A stretch of 63,936 nucleotides of DNA, counting the filler, from Reclinomonas americana ATCC 50394 (taxonomy: Eukaryota), in the NCBI GenBank assembly GCA_048213135.1. It is 6 parts of 2 records of this genome, joined end to end, with 100 filler letters (N's around TTAATTAATTAA, not from the genome) between each part and the next. Parts side by side here need not be neighbours in the genome. Positions count along the whole stretch, not along the records: positions 50,486 to 57,899 come from PS015339.1; positions 58,000 to 62,293 come from PS015339.1; positions 62,394 to 63,936 come from PS015347.1; 3 more parts are not named here. One strand, given 5' to 3'. Numbering within the stretch: position 1 is the first letter of the stretch; each line of letters starts with the position of its first letter. The notes beneath the pieces are model-generated. The model was not told the DNA's origin. It saw only the letters and a list, made by a program, of their open reading frames with translations, and did not search any database. The translations under genes were made by a program, and so were the position numbers. Of the stretch, positions 54,245 through 63,936 are shown in pieces.

Positions 54245-56169
54245 ATGAGCTTCTCCGCTGGTCTTCGCATCGCCGATCTCGACGACTTTATCACGCCCTC
54301 ACAGGCCTGCATTAAGCCCGTCAAAGTCGACAAGAGCAGTGAGGCAAGTGTGTGCGCGCGACACAGTGACCACTGTCGATCGATCACTCACACTGCGTCG
54401 GAGCAGAAGGACGATGCAGTGGTGGAGGTGGAAGCCGATGGGAGCTACTCTCAGGTCACACTTGCCGGCGAGCGCACCAAGCTGACAGCCGCCAAGATCA
54501 CCTTGACCGACTGTTTGGCGTGCAGGTACGAGTCTGCTCTCACTGACACTCGCTCTTCTGCTCACCCCCTTCCTCCTCCTCCACAACAGTGGATGCATCA
54601 CCTCTGCAGAGGCGGTACTGGTGGGCGCACAGAGTGTGGACGAGGTGCTGACGGCACTTAAGGCCTCGCCTCCACTGGTGGTGTTCTCCCTCTCGCCTCA
54701 GTCACGAGCCTCGGTGGCCGCGCATTTCGGAGTGACACAGAGGCAGGCGCAGGCGCGGCTGAGTGCGCTCTTTCGTCGACTAGGCGCGCATGTGGTGCTG
54801 GACACCACGTGGAGCAGGTCCGACGGCATGCCGAGTTGTGTTGTCAGTGATGCGAGGAGACTGAGGAAATTGAGTTGTGCAGAGATGTGGCGCTGATGGA
54901 GATCTGTGAGGAGTTTGTGGAGCGCTTTCGTGCGGCGAGTGGGAGCGGAGCGCGGTTACCGATGTTGGCTTCGGCATGCCCCGGCTGGGTGTGCTACGCG
55001 GAGAAAACACACGGCGATTATGTGTTGCCGTACATTGCGGCCACCAAGTCGCCACAGGCGGTGATGGGCACATTGGTGAAGCGCTTCTTGGCCAGACAGC
55101 GTGGTGTGAGGTTGGTGGTGCTCACTCTCCCTTTATCACCCTCCGCGCTCTCCGTCTCATTCGTGGGCACAGTGCGTCTGAAGTGTATCACGTCACGGTA
55201 ATGCCGTGCTTTGACAAGAAATTAGAGGCTGCGCGCGAGGAGCTGACGGTGGACGGTGTGCGGGAGACAGACTGTGTGCTGTCGAGTGGCGAGCTGGTCG
55301 AGTTGCTGAGCAAGCTGGAGTTGGATTTCGCGGCGCTCGATGAGGCGCCCGTGGACTCATTAGTGCCGTCGATGGTGGTCGATGGCGGTAGTGGTGGTGG
55401 CTCATCCACCGCCGTTGGCGATGCCGAAATGGTGGCAGTGGAAGGTGGTGGATCAGGGGGATGGTCGGATGTGGTGTTGAGGTCAGTTGTGCTGCCTTCA
55501 TGTGAACGGCGGAAGGGGTGATGCTGATATGTGTGTGGCGGTGCGATGCAGACATGCCTCGCGCGTCCTCTTCAATGTGGAGCTGCCGCCGGGGCCGATC
55601 GAGTACAAGACACTGCGAAATCGGGACTTTGCAGAGGCGACAATAGAGGTGCGGTGACAGTGGGGGTGGTGAGCGGGGCGAGTGTCATCTTCACCTGACC
55701 GTCTGTAGTGCAGGTGGGCGGCGAGGTGGTGTTGCGATTTGCCAAGGCCTACGGCTTCCGCAACATTCAGAATCTGGTGCGCCAGGTCAAGCAGGGCAAG
55801 TGCAAGTACCACTTTGTCGAGGTCATGGCGTGCCCGAGCGGTACGTTGCCTGTCCTGCTCTCTCTCCCTCTCTCTTGCCTCGCTCACGCACTCAGGGCGC
55901 ACAAACCAGGTTGTTTGAACGGTGGTGGCCAGATTCGTGCCGTGGTGCCAGAGACACCCAAAGCGCTGCTGGATCGGCTTGACGAAATGTACGCCGAGTT
56001 GCCGGTGCGTGCGCCCAGTGAGAACGAGTCGGCGCTGCGCCTGTACGACGAGTTTGTGGCCGGCGCACCGGGGTCGGAGGAGGCACGGCACTTGTTCCAC
56101 ACCACGTATCACACCGTCGCCAAGATGGAGGTGACGGCGGCCACGGCGGGCCTCACTGTTCGCTGGTAG
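54245..56169 (+). CDS. CIAO3: Cytosolic Fe-S assembly factor Nar1/NARFL
   Basis: [85 protein letters not shown], terminal Trp. Confidence 0.96.
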
Positions 56170-56283
56170 AGAGACACACACACACGTAGACATACCAAAT
56201 AATGTTATATTGTTATCGCGGCAACAATTGTGGCAGCGGCGGCATCCTCTTCGTCGCTCTCCCACTGCATCCCCTCATTTTCC

Positions 56284-57422
56284 TCATTCGTCACCAGCTT
56301 CATCATCGTCATCGTCGGCAATGACGCGCGTGCCAGAAGATTCGCCACCCCCGCCAAAGCCCGAAGCGCTTCCCGAATCCTGCATCGCGGTGAGAACGCA
56401 CACACAGACACAAGCGGGAGACGACACTCACCATTCCGGGAATGACAAACTTGGGCGTCAGTTTGATGTTGTCGTAATCGAAATCTTCGTCGATGCGGAA
56501 GGCCTCCACCGCCACCACCTCGGCGGGTTTCGCTGCACAGCAAGTAAGCCAGAGGGCACACACTCTCTTCTATCACTTTCCCCCATTCTCACCAGACGAA
56601 GGCCGCGGCGGCGCGCCAACCAGCGGCTGACCCAGACTGTGCCGCTTGACGCGATTCCGCGAGGCCAGATCCTGCGGCGAGTAGTGGTAGTCGGCCATAC
56701 CCGGCGGCGCCAGCGTCGAAAAGTCAATCGGCGGCGCCTCGCCTCTCGCACTCGAGTCCTCATCCGAGTCGGAACACGGCTCCCCGTCCTCGTCCACCAC
56801 AAACGGCGCCTTGGCCACTGGTGGCGCCGCCGCCGCACTGGCCGATGCCGCACCTCGCGTGCTGACCTCTGCGTGCACCACCTCAGGCGTCGGCGGCTCC
56901 TCCTCATCGGCATCCGCCATGGCTACCGAGCGACCCTCTCAGTCAACGCTGTTTCGAGAGCTTGTGCAGTCCCGGCTTACCTTGCAGCACCTCCTCGTCA
57001 ATGCCCAAATCGGCCGCCAGATCCCTCACTGATGGTCTCACCGCTGCAGCGGAGGCCGATGCCGGTGCCGGTACCGCAGCAGCAGTCACCGTGGTGGACC
57101 TCGTCGGCGACCTATACGCCACCTCCACATCATCCTCCTCCTCATCGACCGCATCTTCGCAGACCAAGTCGCCCAGTCGCGCAACAACCCGCTCAATCAC
57201 CGGCGGGCCATCATCGTCAAACGCAACAGCACTGCTCGACTCGCCTCCTCCACTGATGATCTGTGCAATCTGCAGACAAGCAAAAAGATGAGCAGCAAGA
57301 GGAAGGAAGCCGGCAAAGCCCAACGCAACTCGACGCGTCTCATACGCACGAGACACATGCTCGCCGTGCTCAAACTGCTCAAGAAACTCCTCATACGTCT
57401 CTTGTCGCCCTCCGCCTTCCAT
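56284..57422 (-). CDS. IFTAP: Intraflagellar transport-associated protein (C11orf74-like)
   Basis: N-terminal QETYEEFLEQF and C-terminal VEAFRIDEDFDYDNIKLTPKF signatures. Confidence 0.82.
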
Positions 57423-57487
57423 TGTTGCAAGTCGAGAGTTTCCCGCGCGCAATTTCGTTTTTTCCATCAAACAGGGAGTGTGTGAGA

Positions 57488-57814
57488 ATGAGGCGAGGGT
57501 TGCTGGTGGCGACGCTTGTGCTGCTGTGCACAGTGGGTCTGGCACACGCCATCACAGTCAAGATCGCAGCGCACTCAGAGGAATGCTTCTTCCAAGATGT
57601 TGCGTCTCTCACACACTCTCACTCACTATCGCTTGTCACTCATCACTGCATGCTGCCTACAGATCGAGGCGGTGAGCTGTGCATGCGTGCATGTGTGTGT
57701 GTGTGCGCGCAAACACGTGTTGATATGCGTCTCTCTCTGTCTCTTGAGCAGAATCAAAGCGTGGCGATGCAGTATGTGGTCACCAGTGGCGGCTTCCTTG
57801 ACATTGACGTGCTG
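57488..57814 (+). CDS. p24/emp24 (TMED2-like) GOLD-domain protein, 5' part
   Basis: Signal peptide, then ITVKIAAHSEECFFQD and YVVTSGGFLDIDV; truncated by a linker. Confidence 0.9.
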
Positions 57815-57899
57815 GTGAGTGAGCGCGTGTGTGACAGCGCGCAAGCGGTGAGGCACGACATGACCAAGTGTGTGCGCGCGCCATGTCGCTCTCTCTCTT

Positions 57900-57999
57900 N
57901 NNNNNNNNNNNNNNNNNNNNNNNNNNNNNNNNNNNNNNNNNNNTTAATTAATTAANNNNNNNNNNNNNNNNNNNNNNNNNNNNNNNNNNNNNNNNNNNN
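57900..57999. other. Artificial scaffold linker
   Basis: N44-TTAATTAATTAA-N44. Confidence 0.97.
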
Positions 58000-58518
58000 G
58001 AGAGAGAGAGGAGAGAGAGAGGAAGACTTGTGTGTGTGTGTGTGTGTGTGAAACAGTGTGTGAGACAGACAGAGAAAGTAAGAAAGGTATGACAGTGAGC
58101 GAGAGTGAGAATGAATGATGAAGAGAAGAAAGTGAGCTGAGAGAGAGAGAGAGAGGACAGCGAGTCTGTGAGAGAGAGGGAGCAAAGCCTCTGCTCCTAT
58201 GTCACTCTCTCTCCTTTCTCTCATCTCTCTTTCTTTGCCTTTTCTCTCTCACACCGATAGACTCTCGCAAAATGCCGGCGCTCATGTGCTGCCAGTCGCG
58301 CCGCCTCCGACCATGAGTGAATGCGAGAGATCATTGCTCTCTCTCTCACACACACACAAAGAAACAGTGATTGATTGGTTGGTGGTTTCTTCCAATGCTG
58401 CCTGTGAAGAAGCGTGAGTAAAGTGAATGAGACATGGTGGGAGTGCAGAGAAGAGAAGACCTTTTTCTTACTCCTTCACTCAGCGTTGCAGCAGCCCGAG
58501 AAAGAGATGAATTCGAAT

Positions 58519-58905
58519 TCTGAACACAAAACATCGATCGATATCTTCCGTCTCTCCTCCTCCTCCTCCTCCTCCACAGCCGCAATCTGAGGCTGTTGTC
58601 CACGAAAACATCGGTGGCTGGTGGCCTCTTGTTGGCGAAGAGAAGCTTTACTTTTCCTTCACAGCAGCTCGAAAAGTACAAGCACAAATACTGAACACAT
58701 GATATCGATATCCTCCTTCTCAGTCTCCTCTTCCTCCACAGTCACAGACGGAGGCTGCTGCCCACGAAAACATCGATTACCAGTGGCCTCTTGTTGGCGA
58801 AGAGAAGCTTTACTTTTCCTTCACAACAACAAACTCGATATCTTCCTTCTCGATCTCCTCCTTCTCCGCAATAAGAAGAGCTTCACTTTCTCCTTCAAAG
58901 CTGCT
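58519..58905. repeat. About 2.3 tandem copies of a ~170-bp unit containing a decayed WD40-gene 3' end
   Basis: gtggcctcttgttggcgaagagaagctttacttttccttcaca is duplicated; acagacggaggctgc (58744) is identical to the tail of the gene at 59230. Confidence 0.8.
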
Positions 58906-59229
58906 TGACAAAAAACACAGAACAACATCAACAATTCATTCACCAACAAACAAGCAACAGCTGCCTTGATGACCAAGTTCAACCGGATCCAAAACATCAA
59001 CACAGACACCAATCTTGAGGGAGTAGCAGGTTCCTTGTGTGTGTGTGTTCGCTCTCGGAGCTCCGAACAAGTCGAGAACCGCGATCTTCACACCGCATAA
59101 GCGTGGTGACTTGACGCACTTGGATGGTTTCCTCTTCACACAGTCACAACCCTAAGCTGCTGCTCTTGGATCATACATGGTACGATGCAACAAAGACTGA
59201 GGTGGCCTCGCTACTCCGTCTTCTTCTCC

Positions 59230-60321
59230 CTACAGACGGAGGCTGCCATCCGAGAAGCATCGGTGGACAACGACCTCCGCCTCCTCGACCATGAAACACC
59301 GCATGACAATCTCCACCAAGCAGCGAGGATCAGGATCTCGCTCATCCACGTCTCGCTGCATTTCCTGCACCGCGCACATGGCGGACTGCGCGCATCTGAG
59401 CTCCCGCCGCGCGAGGCCGCACGGCGTGGACCACACGCGCACGGTGCGATCCCGACTCCCGCTGATAATGTGTTGGCCATCGGGGGAGACGGCCACAGAC
59501 AGTACGTAGTCTGTGTGTCCCACCATCCGTCGCACCTCCTCCCCACTCGCCAATGACCACACGCGCACTGTCTTGTCATGGGAGCCACTCACCACGTGCT
59601 GACCGTCGGGAGTGACGGCGACAGACATCACCCAGCCTGTGTGTCCCTCCAACCGTCGCACCTCCTCCCCACTCGCCATCGACCATACACGCACTGTGAC
59701 ACCACTGCTGCTCACAACATGCTGGCCGTCGGGTGTGACGGCGACAGAGTACACACCTCCCGTGTGTCCCTCCAACCGTCGTACCTCCTCCCCACTCTCC
59801 AGTGACCACACTCGCACGGTCTTGTCTAGGCTTCCACTCACAATGCACTCGTCATTGGGCGTGAGTGCGACACAGGAAACTCGCTGCTTGTGTCCCTTCA
59901 ATCGTCGCACCTCCTCGCCACTCGCCAGTGACCACACTCGCACGGTGTCATCTGCACTCCCGCTCACCACATGCTGACCGTCGGCGGTGACAGCAACAGA
60001 CATCGCAGCAAGGGTGTGACCATTGAAGTGGAGAACCTCCTCTCCGCTCACGTGCGCCAATGACCAGCCGCGAATCGTCGAATCAGCACCCCCGCCGACA
60101 ACGCGTTGACCGTCGGGTGTCACAGCGAGAGACAACATCAAGTTGGGACGACCGTTCAACCGCCGCTCTTCTTCACCAGTCAGCAGTGACCACACGCGCA
60201 CTGTTGCATCACCGCTGCTGCTAACAATGCGCTGGCCGTCGGGAGTGATTGCGATAGAATGCACGGCGTTGGTGTGACCGCGCAGGCAGATGCTTGGGAG
60301 CGAGGGAGGGGAGGAGGACAT
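59230..60321 (-). CDS. Intronless WD40 protein (7 similar repeats) with the conserved C-terminal module
   Basis: MSSSPPSLPSICLRGH...; repeats VRVWSLASGEEVRRLxGH...SVAVTPDGQHVVSGS; tail RRELRCAQSAMCAV...RCLVEIVMRCFMVEEAEVVVHRCF. Confidence 0.93.
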   Translation of the reverse strand: MSSSPPSLPSICLRGHTNAVHSIAITPDGQRIVSSSGDATVRVWSLLTGEEERRLNGRPNLMLSLAVTPDGQRVVGGGADSTIRGWSLAHVSGEEVLHFNGHTLAAMSVAVTADGQHVVSGSADDTVRVWSLASGEEVRRLKGHKQRVSCVALTPNDECIVSGSLDKTVRVWSLESGEEVRRLEGHTGGVYSVAVTPDGQHVVSSSGVTVRVWSMASGEEVRRLEGHTGWVMSVAVTPDGQHVVSGSHDKTVRVWSLASGEEVRRMVGHTDYVLSVAVSPDGQHIISGSRDRTVRVWSTPCGLARRELRCAQSAMCAVQEMQRDVDERDPDPRCLVEIVMRCFMVEEAEVVVHRCFSDGSLRL

Positions 60322-60529
60322 GATGCGAGAGAGAGGAGGGAGACGGAGAGGAATGTCCTTTTCAAGTAGGACGATACCTTTGTCGACGTCTGTGACGAGA
60401 CTTGAAGGCGCAAGGCGGCCTGCATGACTTTTCATACAGCGTGGGAGGGAGACAGGCAGATGGTCACAAGGAAACAAGAGGGAACTTGAGGGAACGACTT
60501 TATGAAAAGCTTCTTCTTCTGTCACCGAC

Positions 60530-60790
60530 AACTGCGAAGAGAGAATCGAGGCACAAGCCTACAGGTACGGTGCAAGAAAGACAGGCAGATGGCAGTAAAC
60601 GAGGTCGCCGGTGCTCCGCCTTCTCCACCCTCGCACTGCCACAGTACTGACGGACAACTGCGAAGACTACATTGATTATGCAAATGTTACGGTGCAAGAA
60701 AGGCAGGCAGACGGCCATCAACGAGGTCAATGCTCTGCTTTTCCCCCCTCGCAAGTCACGGCCGAAGGCTGCCTTCCGAGAAGCATCTAC
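60530..60790. repeat. Duplicated ~120-bp intergenic unit plus a decayed tail fragment
   Basis: gacaactgcgaaga...ggtgcaagaaag..aggcaga.ggc...aacgaggtc occurs twice; aggctgccttccgagaagcatc at ~60767 matches 62221. Confidence 0.75.
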
Positions 60791-60838
60791 AGATACGATG
60801 CACCAACGGCAGACACGTGGCCTCGTTACTCCGTTTTC

Positions 60839-61921
60839 TCAATCCGAGAAACATCGGTGGACAACGACCTCCGCCTCCTCGACCATAAAACAACGCATGA
60901 CAATCTCCACCAAGCAGCGAGGATCAGGATCTTCTCCTTCTCCTTCAGCCTCGTCTTCTTCTCGCTGCATCTCCTTCACCGCGCACATGGCCGACTGCGC
61001 GCATCTGAGCTCCCGCCGCGCGAGGCCGCACGGCGTGGACCAGACTCGCACGGTGTGATCCCAACTCCCACTGATAATGTGTTGGCCATCAGGGGAGACA
61101 GCGACCGACAGCACGTAATCCGTGTGTCCCACCAATCGTCTCACCTCCTCACCGCTCGCCAATGACCACATGCGCACTGACTTGTCATGGGAGCCACTCA
61201 CCACGTGCTGACCATCAGGCGAGACAGCGACACAGCGCACCCACCCTGCGTGTCCCTTCAACCGTCGCACCTCCTCGCCACTCGCCACCGACCATACATG
61301 AACTGCCTCTCCACTTCCGCTCACAACATGCCGGCCGTCGGGAGTGACGGCGACAGAGTACACCCCGCCGCGGTGCCCCTCCAGCCGTCGTTCTTCCTCC
61401 CCACTCGCCAGTGACCACACTCGCACAGTGTTGTCCATACTCCCGCTCACGATGTGCTGGCAGTCAGGAGTGATCGCGAGACAGGAAACTCTCAGCTTCG
61501 GCTTCAACTGTCTCACCTCCTCGCCACTCGCCAGTGACCACACTCGCACAGTGTCATCTGCACTCCCGCTCACCACATGCTGACCATTGGCGGTGACAGC
61601 AACAGGCAAAACAGCAAGAGTGTGCCCTGTGATCTGGCGCACTTCTTCTCCACTCACCAATGACCACACGTGAATCGTCGCGTCAACATCCCCACCGACA
61701 ACGTACTGGCCATCGGGTGTCACGACGAGAGACAACACCAAGCCCGTGTGACCCTCCAGCCGCCGCTCTTCTTCACCAGTCACCAGTGACCACACGCGCA
61801 ATGTTGCATCACCACTGCTGCTCACTACGTGCAGGCCATCAGGAGTGACCACCACTGAATTCACGGAATCGGCGTGTCCGCGCAAGCAGATGCTTGGGAG
61901 AGATGGAGGGGAAGAGGACAT
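60839..61921 (-). CDS. Intronless WD40 protein, tandem paralog of 59230-60321
   Basis: Identical N-terminus, colinear repeats and a near-identical tail, with a stop after RCFSD. Confidence 0.93.
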   Translation of the reverse strand: MSSSPPSLPSICLRGHADSVNSVVVTPDGLHVVSSSGDATLRVWSLVTGEEERRLEGHTGLVLSLVVTPDGQYVVGGDVDATIHVWSLVSGEEVRQITGHTLAVLPVAVTANGQHVVSGSADDTVRVWSLASGEEVRQLKPKLRVSCLAITPDCQHIVSGSMDNTVRVWSLASGEEERRLEGHRGGVYSVAVTPDGRHVVSGSGEAVHVWSVASGEEVRRLKGHAGWVRCVAVSPDGQHVVSGSHDKSVRMWSLASGEEVRRLVGHTDYVLSVAVSPDGQHIISGSWDHTVRVWSTPCGLARRELRCAQSAMCAVKEMQREEDEAEGEGEDPDPRCLVEIVMRCFMVEEAEVVVHRCFSD

Positions 61922-62210
61922 GATGTGAGAGAGAGTGTGTGAGAGATCTGCTGCGTGTGATGTTATGTGATGTCCTTCTCGCAGAGGACGAGACGTTGGT
62001 GACGGATGCGCGAACTATCCATTCATTACAAGGTGCAAGGGAGACATGGTGACAGCCATAAAGGAGAGAGAGCACCACGAGGAAACAAGAAATCAGTCGG
62101 GAGAGAATGACTTTATTACAAGCTGCAGCTGCTCATCCTTCGTCTTCACAAGCATACATGCCGCACGACGGAGCATTCTATGAAGGCGCTCCACCTTCTC
62201 CCCGCCAAAG

Positions 62211-62293
62211 TCACAGGCACAGGCTGCCTTCCGAGAAGCATCGATGGACGACAACCTCTGCCTCCTCGACGATGAAACAGCGCAGCACGATCT
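62211..62293 (-). CDS. 3' end of a third family member (truncated by scaffold end)
   Basis: Translates to IVLRCFIVEEAEVVVHRCFSEGSLCL*. Confidence 0.85.
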
Positions 62294-62393
62294 NNNNNNN
62301 NNNNNNNNNNNNNNNNNNNNNNNNNNNNNNNNNNNNNTTAATTAATTAANNNNNNNNNNNNNNNNNNNNNNNNNNNNNNNNNNNNNNNNNNNN
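62294..62393. other. Artificial scaffold linker
   Basis: N44-TTAATTAATTAA-N44. Confidence 0.97.
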
Positions 62394-62439
62394 TCACCAC
62401 CTTCTCACCTTTCATCATCCTCCCTTCCCCCGCCACAGA

Positions 62440-63806
62440 CTCGCGACCAAACACAGGCCACCCTCGGCGGTATTGCCTCCTTTAATCTCTTTGTCTCTGG
62501 TCGCGGCCGATCCCCGTCATCCACTGCCGGCAACAATCGCACACTTGCCAGCAGTCTTGCTGGCGATACTGCTGCTGACGAATACGGGTACCGCGACGGC
62601 AACTTCGAGATCTCGGTGTCCATCAACGGCATTGGTGTGTTTGCTGGCGATGCTCCCACCGTCACCATTGTCAACGAGGCGTGCCCCGCCGGTCAGCAGT
62701 ACACCTCGATTGGCTGCCAGGCGTGCTCCGCTGGTCAGTACTCCTTGTCGAACTTTGACGAGGAGTGTCGCGCGTGTCCGTCCACAGGCGTGACGTGCAA
62801 CGGTGGCCTCGATCTCCAGCTGGAGTCGCCCATGTGGACATTCCCCATGACGCAAGACTGGCGCACAACGTCAGTGCTGGCCAAGGGGTGGACAGGAGCG
62901 TTGATTCAACAGCCGTCCAGCAGTGACGTTGTTGCCTACACGTGCCCGTACGACTTGTGTCAGCGCCCCTTGTCAACAGCCGTGCAGCCGGGTGCAGATT
63001 ACTGCCGACCAGGCTCGAATCGGCTCACCGAGTCTCCCTTGTGCGGAGCGTGCGCGGTAAGTGGCATTCCCATGGATCGAGGCCGGAATCTGTTACATGG
63101 CTGACGACTTTGCCTCCAACACAGGCGGACTATTCTCACTGGGAAGGCGACTGCATTCCGTGTGCGACGACCTCCAATCTCGCCCGCTTTTGGACAGTCT
63201 TGCGCATGTGGGTATTCGTCCTCTTCATTCACGTGTTCTTCCAGGCAGGAGTGGGTGAAGGTGAGAGTGAGTATCATTCAATTCATGCATCGTGATCACT
63301 GATTCAGGTACCGCGCAGCCTCTGCCGAGATGATCATCTTCACCCTGCAAACGGCCACTTTACTCTTCTACCCGAACGTCGAGCTCCTCACGCTCAGTCG
63401 CCTCCTCACTTTTTGGATTCCGCGTCTCTTTGACGTGGGCTGTCCATTCAACTTGGATGCCGTCGGCGACCTGCTGGCTCGCCTCGTGTCGCCGCTCGTC
63501 TATCTTGGCATGCTGTGGATGACATTTGCCACTCATCGCCTGCTCGCGGCTCTCTGCGTTCGAATGTGCGTAAGTCGCCGTCGCTTCCAGCACCACGGAG
63601 CGTCGGGTCAGCGATGGATGCAGTTCTCCACATGGCTCCGTCGCGTGTCTTCGCCGCATCGCTATGTGTTGACCAGCGTGGTGCTGCTGCTGGTGGCGGC
63701 CTACAAGGGCTTTGCAGAAATCGGCATCATGTTCTTCACATGCGCGTCGGTCGGGCAATCGCGGGTGATGCTGTTTTTGCCGAGCATTGTTTGCTTTGAG
63801 GGAGTG
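62440..63806 (+). CDS. Cys-rich extracellular + multi-pass membrane receptor-like protein, internal part
   Basis: CPAGQQY..GCQACSAGQYS...CRACP..VTCNGG, CPYDLC, CRPGSNR...SPLCGACA|ADYS...CIPC, then hydrophobic helices (MIIFTLQTATLL, LVYLGMLW, VVLLLVAAY). Confidence 0.8.
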
Positions 63807-63936
63807 TTGCGTACATGGGAGAAGGGGAGGGTGAGGGGGAAGGGAAAGGGAGTGAGGGGGAAGGGAGAGAGAAGGTGATATGGAGACAGAGAGACAATGA
63901 TATTGAGAAACACAGGGTGGGATGGGGAGAGCGTCT

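Noticed and set aside
54245..56169. [FeFe]-hydrogenase indicating anaerobic metabolism
   Set aside because: The N-terminal DDFIxPSQxCIKP, the [10 protein letters not shown] motif and the terminal Trp identify the universal Nar1/NARFL, not a hydrogenase.
58519..58905. CRISPR-like array
   Set aside because: Only 2-3 long degenerate units, no unique spacers, no cas genes, and a eukaryotic context.

Overview
Intron-rich, gene-dense eukaryotic (protist-like) nuclear DNA using the standard code, with mostly 50-70 nt GT-AG introns and many microsatellites. It is not one locus: five artificial 100-bp linkers (N44-TTAATTAATTAA-N44) join six scaffolds (1-15191, 15292-27686, 27787-50385, 50486-57899, 58000-62293, 62394-63936), so adjacency across them means nothing. 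Genes recognised by splicing exons by hand: an ankyrin + N-myristoyltransferase-like fusion, two LRR proteins, mitochondrial-type ValRS, a pseudo-GTPase + DH-PH protein, a macrodomain protein, tRNA-Glu(CTC), intronless WD40 genes, LINS1, NOL10, a bZIP factor, CCDC15, SHOC1, fumarase, a 3xYbjQ protein, a transglutaminase-like protein, NARFL/CIAO3, IFTAP, a p24 protein and a Cys-rich multi-pass membrane protein. The best novelty candidate is a ~50-aa C-terminal module I cannot assign (EL-x5-A-x2-AV ... L-x5-R-x4-E), found on several intronless WD40 proteins and on an unrelated LRR protein. All family calls come from remembered motifs, not database searches.
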